DNA of 64,000 nt from an uncultured Alphaproteobacteria bacterium (lineage in GTDB: Bacteria; Pseudomonadota; Alphaproteobacteria; Rhizobiales; Xanthobacteraceae), in NCBI GenBank assembly GCA_963702885.1, contig OY969766.1, forward strand, positions 3,497,389 through 3,561,388. Reading direction: 5' to 3'. Numbering within the stretch: position 1 is the stretch's first letter; every line of letters begins with the position of its first letter. Positions 20,299 through 28,419 of this stretch are shown piece by piece. The notes beneath the pieces were generated by a model. That model was not told the origin of the DNA. It did not search any database and saw nothing but the letters and a program-made list of their open reading frames with translations. A program made the translations under genes and the position numbers.

Positions 20299-20898
20299 TC
20301 AAGGCGACTCGTCCGTCAGTTTTCGATTGTCGACATACCGGATCATGATCGGCCGTCCGGCAATGGCACCGCCAAGCCCCTTGCTCAGCGGAAACGGCAC
20401 GCAACGCTCAAGCGCCTCGGCGATGGCGCGGCGATAGATCTCACGCGCCCCCTTCGGGCTGCCCGCCGCCACATAGGTCACGCGTGGCGGCGCGATGATC
20501 TCGCCATCACGTTTGAAGCTGAACGCCACCGACATCTGCATCCCCTCATGGGCCTCAGTGGCGTCGGGCGGTGTCCAGCAGGCGCGCAGCATTGCAAACA
20601 GATCGGAGATCGTATCGAGGTCGTGGTTCGGTTTGCGGTATTTCGCCGCGTCCTTGTCGTCCGGGCGGCTGAGGATCGTAAGCTGGAGGTTTTCTCCGAT
20701 CGGATAATCGATTTCGGGAATGCAGGGACCGTGGTTGAACACACCGCAGAAATACGGCGCGCAAGGCCGACCACTGAGCACGCTGCACGGCGAATGCGAG
20801 AACGGCGTTGCATTGACGGGACGGCGCTCGCGCGCAGGCGACGGCGTCATGATGACAACGCTCGCAACGACAAGAAGGGATACGGTGCGCAGAGCCAT
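20299..20898 (-). CDS. exported hypothetical protein: Cys-rich N-terminal half, TonB-C-like C-terminal half
   Basis: ATG at 20896-20898 (or GTG at 20910) gives the signal peptide MALRTVSLLVVASVVIM. Five Cys occur in CSVLSGRPCAPYFCGVFNHGPC, close to the signal peptide. The C-terminal segment reads VAFSFKRDGEIIAPPRV...AIAEALERCVPFPL. I cannot assign a family with confidence. Confidence 0.55.
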   Translation of the reverse strand: MALRTVSLLVVASVVIMTPSPARERRPVNATPFSHSPCSVLSGRPCAPYFCGVFNHGPCIPEIDYPIGENLQLTILSRPDDKDAAKYRKPNHDLDTISDLFAMLRACWTPPDATEAHEGMQMSVAFSFKRDGEIIAPPRVTYVAAGSPKGAREIYRRAIAEALERCVPFPLSKGLGGAIAGRPIMIRYVDNRKLTDESP

Positions 20899-20939
20899 CG
20901 GCAGCCTCACCGCAAATGAAGCCTGATGGACAATAGATA

Positions 20940-20957
20940 GGGCGCAGAATTGCGCCC
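20940..20957 (-). terminator. hairpin downstream of prfC
   Basis: GGGCGCA-gaat-TGCGCCC, a 7-bp stem 67 nt beyond the prfC stop. The trailing tract on the minus strand is only weakly T-rich. Confidence 0.35.
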
Positions 20958-21023
20958 GCCATCACCACGGACCACACCCCCGCGATCCTCGCGCGGTTTC
21001 GATGTGAATGCGGTCCTGTCGCC

Positions 21024-22644
21024 TCAGGCCGCCTTCTTCACGTCCTTGATGCTGGTGAAGGTGATTCCGGGCGAGCGTTCGCGGGTGTAGCCGAGATAGA
21101 ATTCGTTCTTGGCGAGGAACACCAGATCCCCATCGACATCTTCCGCGATCGACGAGCCGTTGGCGTTGACGAAGGTATCGTAGGCCTTGCGGTCCTCCGC
21201 CGCGAACCAGCGTGCGAGCTGGAATTCACTGACGTCGAAATCCACCGGTAACGCATATTCGGCTTCCAGCCGCGCTTTCAGCACGTCGAGCTGCAACTGG
21301 CCGACCACGCCGACCATTGCGGGCGAGCCGTCGCGCGGACGGAACACCTGCACAACGCCCTCTTCCGACATCTGCTGCAGGGCTTCCTTCAACTTCTTTG
21401 CCTTCATCGCATCGCCCAGCCGGACGCGGCGCAGGATTTCCGGCGCGAAGCTCGGCACGCCGACAAACGTGATGTCCTCGCCCTCGGTCAGGGTGTCGCC
21501 GATCCGCAGCGTGCCGTGATTGGGAATGCCGACCACGTCACCGGCGAAGGCTTCGTCGGCGATGGCGCGGTCCTGGGCAAAGAAGAACTGCGGCGCGGAC
21601 AGCGTCATGTTCTTGCCGGTGCGCACCAGCTTCGACTTCATGCCGCGCGTCAGCTTGCCGGAACACAGCCGCGCGAACGCGATGCGGTCGCGATGGTTCG
21701 GATCCATGTTGGCCTGGATCTTGAACACGAAGGCACTCATCTTCGGCTCGGAGGCTTCGACCCTGCGGGCGCTCGCCTCCTGCGCGCGCGGCGGCGGCGC
21801 GTAGCGGCCGAGGCCTTCCAGCAGATCGCCGACGCCGAAATTGCGCAGCGCCGATCCGAAAAACACCGGGGTCAGATGGCCCTCGCGGAACGACTGCAGA
21901 TCGAACGGCTTGCAGGCTTCCGAAACCAGCTCAAGCTCCTCGCTGACCGCGGCGGCATCGAGATTGGGATTGCGGCTGGCAAGATCGGCGATCGCGATCT
22001 GCTCGGCCTCTCCGGTCTTGGCGCCGCCGCCTTCCAGCAGCCGCACGCCGCCGGTGGCGATGTCATAGGTGCCGAGAAAGTCGCGCCCGCGTCCCACCGG
22101 CCACGTCATCGGCGTGGTGTCGAGGGCGAGCGTCTTTTCGATCTCGTCGAGCAGGTCGAACGGATCGCGGCTCTCGCGGTCCATCTTGTTGATGAAGGTG
22201 ATGATCGGAATATCGCGCAGCCGGCAAACCTCGAACAGCTTGCGGGTGCGATCCTCGATGCCCTTGGCGGCGTCGATCACCATGACCGCCGAAATCGACC
22301 GCGGTCAGCGTCCGGTAGGTGTCCTCGGAGAAGTCCTCATGGCCCGGGGTGTCGAGCAGATTGAACACCAACCCGTCGAACTCGAAGGTCATCACCGAGG
22401 TGACCACCGAGATGCCACGGTCGCGCTCGATCTTCATCCAGTCCGAACGGGTCGAGCGGCGCTCGCCCTTGGCCTTGACCTGCCCGGCGAGATTGATGGC
22501 GCCGCCGAACAGCAACAGCTTTTCGGTCAGCGTGGTCTTGCCCGCGTCAGGGTGGGAGATGATCGCAAAGGTGCGGCGGCGCGCGACTTCTTCAGCCAGC
22601 GGCGAGCGCGAGGAGGATTCGGCGGATACGGCGATGTCGGACAT
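21024..22644 (-). pseudogene. prfC: peptide chain release factor 3 (RF3), split by a 1-nt insertion
   Basis: The N-terminal ORF (ATG 22644) has [16 protein letters not shown] and [22 protein letters not shown], then goes out of frame. The second ORF resumes with [37 protein letters not shown]. The coding strand reads GTCGATTTCGGCGG; removing one T of the T3 run (plus-strand AAA at 22292-22294) gives VDSAVMVID and a single RF3 ORF of about 540 aa. Confidence 0.9.
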
Positions 22645-22734
22645 AACGCGAGCGTGTGACAAAGAAAGGCGGCGGGATCAAGGGTCGAGATAAGGATGCA
22701 GTTGCATCTTTCCCGAAAAGACGCCATTTTGGTT

Positions 22735-22817
22735 GGGCGGGACGACCCCGCCGTCACGGCTCCGGGAACCCACCCGTCCGATCGTATTTCACCATTTTTC
22801 GCGGGGACGACCCTGCC
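22735..22817 (+). promoter_or_regulatory. guanidine-II (mini-ykkC) riboswitch candidate in the sugE leader
   Basis: Two GC-rich hairpins, each presenting an ACGA loop: GGCGGG-ACGA-CCCCGCC (22736-22752) and GCGGGG-ACGA-CCCTGC (22801-22816). The second ends 6 nt before the SD GAAGGAG of sugE. This architecture and gene association match the mini-ykkC class. The 48-nt linker is longer than I recall as usual for the class. Confidence 0.65.
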
Positions 22818-22834
22818 TGTTGAAGGAGAGCTTC

Positions 22835-23149
22835 ATGGCATGGGTTGTTCTGTTCGTGGCCGGGCTGATGGAGGTCGGCTGGGCCATCGGGTTGAAATAC
22901 ACTGAAGGTTTCAGCAAGCCGATACCGTCGATCCTCACCCTGATCGCCATGACAATCAGCGTCGTCCTGCTTGCGATCGCGCTGAAAACCCTGCCGGTCG
23001 GAACCGGCTACGCCGTATGGACCGGGATCGGCGCGGTCGGCACCGCCATTCTCGGCATCGTGCTGTTCGGCGATCCGGCGACAACGGCGCGGCTCGCCTG
23101 TATCGGCCTGATCGTGGCCGGCATCGTCGGGCTGAAACTGGCGACCTGA
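22835..23149 (+). CDS. sugE: SMR family guanidinium exporter (SugE/Gdx)
   Basis: 104 aa. [26 protein letters not shown] includes the conserved membrane Glu, and there are four TM helices. Confidence 0.9.
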   Translation: MAWVVLFVAGLMEVGWAIGLKYTEGFSKPIPSILTLIAMTISVVLLAIALKTLPVGTGYAVWTGIGAVGTAILGIVLFGDPATTARLACIGLIVAGIVGLKLAT

Positions 23150-23318
23150 ACCGCCGCTGGCGATTCAGGCTGCGCAACGACCAAACATCAAAGCGAAACC
23201 GAGCTTGCCCCTGATCCGTCAGGCGGCAGGCTTTTTACAGCGACCGTTTGAAGTAGTGTGCGATCTCGCCGATGATGCCGCGGCGGAAGGTCAGCACGCA
23301 GATCACGAAGATCGCGCC

Positions 23319-24203
23319 CTAAATCACCATGACCCATTGGCCAAAGCTGGCCAGATATTGCTGGGTGGCGATGATGATGATGGCTCCGATCACCGGACCG
23401 AACGAGGTTCCGAGTCCGCCGACCAGCGTCATCAGCACGACCTCGCCCGACATGGTCCAGTGCGTGTCGGTCAGCGATGCATTCTGCACCACGAAAATCT
23501 TGATCGCGCCGGCAAGGCCCGCAAGCGTGCCGGACAGGATGTAGGCCATCAGCTTGTACTGATCGGCCTTGTAGCCAAGCGAGACTGCGCGCGGCTCGTT
23601 TTCGCGGATCGATTTCAGCACCTCGCCGAACGGCGAATTGACGATGCGATAGATCAGCAGGAACGCGAGCAGGAAGATTGCCACCACCACATAGTAAAGC
23701 GTGTTGGTGTTCGACAGATCGAACATGCCGAACAGCTTGCCCTGCGGCACGCCCTGAATGCCGTCCTCGCCGCCCGTGAACGGCACCTGCACGTAGATGA
23801 AGTAAACGAGCTGCGATAGTGCCAGCGTGATCATCGCGAAATAGATGCCCTGGCGGCGGATCGCGATCAGGCCGGTGGCGACGCTCATCAGGAACGCAGC
23901 GGCCACGCCGAGCAGGATGCCGATCTCCGGCGTCACGCCCCACGATTTCAACGAATAGGCCGTGGCATAACCGGCGGTGCCGAGGAACATCGAATGGCCG
24001 AACGACAGCAGGCCGGAATAGCCGATCAGCAGGTTGAAAGCGCAGGCAAACAGCGCAAAGCACAACGCCTGCATGACGAAATAGGGATAAAGACCCGTCA
24101 GCGGCACGATGGCGAGCAGGCCCGCCATGATGGCGAAACCGATCATTTCGTCGCTGGCGCCGCGGCTTCCCGCAGGAATGGCGTTCTCGGTGATCGAGGT
24201 CAT
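23319..24203 (-). CDS. livM: branched-chain amino acid ABC transporter permease LivM, ended early by an in-frame TAG
   Basis: 294-aa HAAT-family permease. The stop TAG (plus-strand CTA at 23319-23321) is followed in the same frame by GAIFVICVLTFRRGIIGEIAHYFKRSL and then TAA at 23235-23237. That stretch looks like the normal last TM helix and C-terminus. Confidence 0.85.
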   Translation of the reverse strand: MTSITENAIPAGSRGASDEMIGFAIMAGLLAIVPLTGLYPYFVMQALCFALFACAFNLLIGYSGLLSFGHSMFLGTAGYATAYSLKSWGVTPEIGILLGVAAAFLMSVATGLIAIRRQGIYFAMITLALSQLVYFIYVQVPFTGGEDGIQGVPQGKLFGMFDLSNTNTLYYVVVAIFLLAFLLIYRIVNSPFGEVLKSIRENEPRAVSLGYKADQYKLMAYILSGTLAGLAGAIKIFVVQNASLTDTHWTMSGEVVLMTLVGGLGTSFGPVIGAIIIIATQQYLASFGQWVMVI

Positions 24204-24204
24204 C

Positions 24205-25068
24205 TCAGGTCGCCCTCCCCGTCAATCCGGCCGGCTTGATCAGCAGCACCAGCACCATCAACACGAACACCACGGTGTTGGATGCCTCGGGATAGAAATA
24301 TTTGGTCAGACCCTCGATCACACCCAATGCGAAGCCAGTGATAATCGAGCCCATGATTGAGCCCATGCCGCCAATCACCACCACCGCGAACACCACGATG
24401 ATCAGATCCGCTCCCATCAGCGGCCGGACCTGATTGATCGGCGCCGACAGCACGCCGGCCAGCGCGGCAAGCCCGACGCCGAGGCCATAGGTCAGCGTGA
24501 TCATGCGCGGCACGTTGATACCGAAAGCGCGCACCAGCGTCGGATTCTCGGTCGCGGCGCGCAGATAGGCGCCAAGACGGGTCCGCTCGATCAGGTACCA
24601 GGTGGCCAGACACACGACGAGCGAGAACACCACCACCCAGCCGCGATAGATCGGCAAATACATGAAGCCGAGATTGACGCCGCCCTTGAGGAGATCAGGG
24701 ATCTCGTAAGGGATGCCCGACGATCCGAAATAGTTCTGGAAGATGCCTTGGATCATCAGTGCGAGACCGAAGGTCAGTAGCAAGCCGTACAGATGATCAA
24801 GGCCGGCGAGCCGTTTCAACATGGTTCGTTCAATCACGATACCGAACAGACCCACGATGACCGGCGACAGCACCAGCGCCCACCAGTAGTTCAGGCCGGT
24901 GTATTGCAGCAGGAAATACGCGACGAACGCTCCCATCATGTAGAGCGCGCCGTGCGCGAAATTGATGATGTTGAGCATTCCGAAGATCACGGCAAGGCCG
25001 AGACTGAGCAACGCGTAAAACGAGCCGTTGATCAGTCCGACAAGAAGCTGTCCGTAGAGGGCCTGCAT
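24205..25068 (-). CDS. livH: branched-chain amino acid ABC transporter permease LivH
   Basis: 287 aa starting MQALYGQLLVGLINGSFYALLSLGLAVIFGMLNIINFAHG, a canonical LivH N-terminus. Confidence 0.9.
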   Translation of the reverse strand: MQALYGQLLVGLINGSFYALLSLGLAVIFGMLNIINFAHGALYMMGAFVAYFLLQYTGLNYWWALVLSPVIVGLFGIVIERTMLKRLAGLDHLYGLLLTFGLALMIQGIFQNYFGSSGIPYEIPDLLKGGVNLGFMYLPIYRGWVVVFSLVVCLATWYLIERTRLGAYLRAATENPTLVRAFGINVPRMITLTYGLGVGLAALAGVLSAPINQVRPLMGADLIIVVFAVVVIGGMGSIMGSIITGFALGVIEGLTKYFYPEASNTVVFVLMVLVLLIKPAGLTGRAT

Positions 25069-25089
25069 CGTGGAGCGCCTTTTCGAAGA

Positions 25090-25806
25090 TCAAACGCCGA
25101 GATAGGCGTGCAGTTTTTCCATATTGGCTTGGATTTCCGCATTGGCGAACGCGTCAATGACCTTACCGTGCTCGATGATGTAGAACCGATCGGCCACGGT
25201 TGAAGCGAAACGAAAGTTCTGCTCGACCAGTAGGATGGTGAAGCCTTCCGCCTTGAGGCGCGAGATCATCCGTCCGATCTGCTGGATGATCACCGGCGCA
25301 AGACCTTCGGTCGGCTCGTCGAGCATCAGGAAGCGCGAGCCGGTGCGCAGGATGCGCGCAATCGCCAGCATCTGCTGCTCGCCGCCCGAGAGCTTGGTGC
25401 CCTGGCTGCCAAGCCGCTCATGCAGGTTCGGAAACAGTTCGAAAATCTGCTCGACCGACATGCCGCCGCTCCGGATCACCGGCGGCAGCAGCAGGTTCTC
25501 CTTCACGTCGAGGCTGGAGAAAATGCCGCGCTCTTCCGGGCAGAAGGCAATACCGAGCTTCGCGATTTTGTCGGACGACAGACGAATGGTCTCGTGCCCC
25601 TCGAAATCGATCGAACCCTTGCGCTTGCCGATGATGCCCATGATCGACTTCAGCGTGGTCGACTTGCCGGCGCCGTTGCGTCCGAGCAGAGTCACCACCT
25701 CCCCGGGCCGCACCTCGAAATCGATGCCATGAAGGATGTGCAACTCGCCATACCAGGCTTCGAGGTCCCTAACGGTGAGAACGGGAGCCGTCACGGTGTC
25801 ACGCAT
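25090..25806 (-). CDS. livF: branched-chain amino acid ABC transporter ATP-binding protein LivF
   Basis: ATG at 25804-25806 overlaps the livG stop (ATGCGTGA). Contains Walker A GRNGAGKST, the LSGGEQQ signature and Walker B LMLDEP. Confidence 0.9.
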   Translation of the reverse strand: MRDTVTAPVLTVRDLEAWYGELHILHGIDFEVRPGEVVTLLGRNGAGKSTTLKSIMGIIGKRKGSIDFEGHETIRLSSDKIAKLGIAFCPEERGIFSSLDVKENLLLPPVIRSGGMSVEQIFELFPNLHERLGSQGTKLSGGEQQMLAIARILRTGSRFLMLDEPTEGLAPVIIQQIGRMISRLKAEGFTILLVEQNFRFASTVADRFYIIEHGKVIDAFANAEIQANMEKLHAYLGV

Positions 25807-26557
25807 GGCCAGCTCCCAGATAGGCTTCCTTGACGCGCGGGTCCTTCGACAGCGTGGGGTAATCACCCTCGGCCAGCACCCGTCCGCGCGTCAGCACCGT
25901 AATGATGTCGGACAGATTGGAGACCACGCTGAGATTGTGCTCGACCATCAGGATGGTGTGCTTGGCGGAGATGCGCTTGATCAGCGCGGCGATCTTGTCG
26001 ATGTCCTCATGCCCCATGCCGGCCATCGGCTCGTCCAGCAGCATCATTTCCGGATCGAGCGCCATGGTGGTCGCGATCTCGAGTGCGCGCTTGCGGCCAT
26101 AGGGCATCTCGACCGCCGGTGTCTGGACGAACTCGCTCAGCCCGACATCGGCGAGCAGTTCATGAGCGCGCGCGTTGAACCGGTTCAGGACCGATTTGGA
26201 GCGCCAGAAATCGAACGAGGAGCCATGCTGCCGTTGCAGCGCAACACGGACATTCTCCAGTGCGGTCAAATGCGGAAAGACGGCGGATATCTGGAACGAG
26301 CGCACCAGGCCCAGGCGGGCCACATCGGCCGGCTGCTCTGCCGTGATGTCGCGGCCATTATAAAGAATCTTGCCCCGCGACGGGCTAAGAAACTTGGTGA
26401 GCAGATTGAAGCAAGTGGTCTTTCCGGCCCCGTTTGGTCCGATCAGCGCATGGATACTACCGCGTCGCACGCGAAGATTAACGTCATTTACCGCGACAAA
26501 GCCCGCGAACTCTTTGGTCAGCCCGTGCGTTTCGAGAATGAAATCATCGGCCGGCAA
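25799..26557 (-). CDS. livG: branched-chain amino acid ABC transporter ATP-binding protein LivG
   Basis: Walker [10 protein letters not shown] and Walker B MLLDEPMAGM. The only start codon in the ORF head is TTG at 26555-26557, so the start is not firm. Confidence 0.88.
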   Translation of the reverse strand: MPADDFILETHGLTKEFAGFVAVNDVNLRVRRGSIHALIGPNGAGKTTCFNLLTKFLSPSRGKILYNGRDITAEQPADVARLGLVRSFQISAVFPHLTALENVRVALQRQHGSSFDFWRSKSVLNRFNARAHELLADVGLSEFVQTPAVEMPYGRKRALEIATTMALDPEMMLLDEPMAGMGHEDIDKIAALIKRISAKHTILMVEHNLSVVSNLSDIITVLTRGRVLAEGDYPTLSKDPRVKEAYLGAGHA

Positions 26558-26842
26558 AACGACTTCCCCGCTCGTCTTCGCAACGCAACATAGCGCAACG
26601 ACCCCGCGTCGATATTCGCGTCTGCGAAAGAATATGCAGCGGATATCTCACTTTATGCAAGACATCTGCGACTTTGGCTCTGCTACGTTTGGGTGAGTGT
26701 CAACAAGGTTACAGATGATGGCTGCCCATTAACGGCAGTCATACCACGTTCCACATATCGATCTGGGTTTTGAATTTTCGACTTGCAGTTAAGTCGTGAG
26801 GGTTCATGATGCGGCCTTACGGATTCAATTTCGGGGTCCAGT

Positions 26843-27493
26843 ATGCCCGTCGAGATCAAAATCCAGCGGCCTGCGAGTCTGCCTTCGTCTTCCGAATTCC
26901 AAAGCGCCAACGCGGAGGTCGTGAGGTCGATCACGCAACGCAGTCTGCTGAACAGTTGGCTACGACTTTACGACGCGAAAAAAGCCCCACCCAGATTCGA
27001 AGAATATCATCCCGGCCTTCCTCCGGATGAGGCCAAGGATATCATCTGCTACACGGTGACCTACCCCGGCGCGATACCGCAGATCCGGATCGACAGCTTT
27101 GGCACACGCATGTCGGTTGCCTATGGCGTGGCCGCCGTGGGCCGTGATCTCAAAGAGTATGTCGGACCGAAGCTCGCGCCGCTCATCATGCCCAACTATT
27201 ACGAATGCATCGAGCGGCGGCTGCCGGTCTACACCATTTCGACGGCGGAAGATGTCCATGGCCGCTCCGTCGACTTCGAGCGCCTGCTCATGCCGTTTGA
27301 AGACGGCGGCATCATCAACCGGGTCATGGCCTGGGTAGAAACCATCAGCGTAGATGGTGGATTCGAGATCCGAAATCTGATGCAGGCGGATGACGCGCTA
27401 CGGACCTATAAGCTGCGCTCTGTCATCGATCGCGACCTGTTCTATCGTCCGCCCGGACGGATTCCGAACAACGACATCATTGAATTTAACTGA
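26843..27493 (+). CDS. hypothetical protein, possibly a PAS_5-type (PF07310-like) single-domain protein
   Basis: 216-aa ORF with an ATG start in a lower-GC patch. The layout LLNSWLRLYDAKKAPPRFEEY ... IDSFGTRMSVAYG ... VDFERLLMPFEDGG resembles small alphaproteobacterial PAS_5 proteins. This is from memory only. Confidence 0.45.
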   Translation: MPVEIKIQRPASLPSSSEFQSANAEVVRSITQRSLLNSWLRLYDAKKAPPRFEEYHPGLPPDEAKDIICYTVTYPGAIPQIRIDSFGTRMSVAYGVAAVGRDLKEYVGPKLAPLIMPNYYECIERRLPVYTISTAEDVHGRSVDFERLLMPFEDGGIINRVMAWVETISVDGGFEIRNLMQADDALRTYKLRSVIDRDLFYRPPGRIPNNDIIEFN

Positions 27494-27543
27494 AGCATAT
27501 CTGATCGAAGCAGATGCGGATTCATGTGCCGCGCCCGCGGGCG

Positions 27544-27909
27544 TCATCCGCGGCCCTTGGCTGAGCCAAACTGTTTCTCATAGACCTCGGGTTTGAAACC
27601 TACGATCAGCTTGGCTCCAACTTCAAGCACCGGCCGCTTGATCATCGACGGCTGCGCCAGCATCAGCGCAATGGCCTTCCTTTCGGTCAAACTGGTCTTG
27701 TCCGCGTCCGGCAGCTTCCGGAACGTGGTGCCGGCGCGATTGAGCAGACTTTCCCAGCCAGCCTTATCGCTCCAGCGTACAAGCCGGTCCTTCTCGATCC
27801 CCGCGCTTTTGTAATCGTGGAAGCTGTAGGCGATCCCGTGCTGATCCAACCAGGCACGGGCCTTCTTCATGGTGTCGCAGTTCTTGATGCCGTAGATGGT
27901 CGTGGTCAT
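27544..27909 (-). CDS. ArsC/Spx family protein (YffB type)
   Basis: 121 aa. MTTTIYGIKNCDTMKKARAWLDQHGIAYSFHDY has the single-Cys YffB-type motif. Confidence 0.85.
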   Translation of the reverse strand: MTTTIYGIKNCDTMKKARAWLDQHGIAYSFHDYKSAGIEKDRLVRWSDKAGWESLLNRAGTTFRKLPDADKTSLTERKAIALMLAQPSMIKRPVLEVGAKLIVGFKPEVYEKQFGSAKGRG

Positions 27910-27963
27910 CGCGTCTTCCGTTTTGAAAGGTGGTCCGACACGCAGTGCGGTTAAAGCCGTCTC

Positions 27964-28311
27964 TCAGGACGGCTTGCCGTCGTCGATGTAGACGATGACC
28001 GCCGCATTCGCGATCAGGATGGAATCGCCGCCTTCATACGGAACTTCCAGACCGCCCTTGACCGCCTTCACAGTGATCTTGCCGTAAGGCAGTTCCTTGG
28101 CCACCGCCGCCGTGTCGACACCGCTCGGGTCCGGCACTGCCACCGTCACATCGACAAACATATCGTCGCGCGTCTTCCCCACCAGCGGAAAGAAGCTAAG
28201 GCTCGAATGGCGAAGCGCATCGGAGACGGCGCGGCGCGCTGCCTTGGTGCCATCCTTGCCATGAACATCAACGCCCATGCCCATCTCGGTAATACAACGC
28301 ACACGTGCCAT
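27964..28311 (-). CDS. Lin0512 family protein (conserved, function unknown)
   Basis: ATG at 28309-28311. MARVRCITEMGMGVDVHGKDGTKAARRAVSDAL resembles the Lin0512/TIGR02058 family N-terminus as I remember it. Confidence 0.65.
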   Translation of the reverse strand: MARVRCITEMGMGVDVHGKDGTKAARRAVSDALRHSSLSFFPLVGKTRDDMFVDVTVAVPDPSGVDTAAVAKELPYGKITVKAVKGGLEVPYEGGDSILIANAAVIVYIDDGKPS

Positions 28312-28419
28312 TTTGCCTCGCTCCTGAGCCTGATCACAAGTCCGGATCGCCATAACCGGTCTTAACTGGTGCGACAAGACCAGTTCGGCTTTCCGAGCTT
28401 GCCAGTTGCAGAAGACTTT

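Noticed and set aside
22285-22300. Possibility that the prfC frame change is a programmed +1 frameshift like the one in prfB.
   Set aside because: The prfB site depends on an in-frame stop codon at the shift site plus an upstream Shine-Dalgarno-like stimulator. Here the zero frame has no stop at the site (GAT TTC GGC) and continues for 75 codons. A simple homopolymer indel explains it.
23319-23321. In-frame TAG in livM as a recoded codon (pyrrolysine or other readthrough).
   Set aside because: No pyl genes or any recoding element are visible, and the lineage is not known to use such recoding. A point substitution or base-call error is far more likely.
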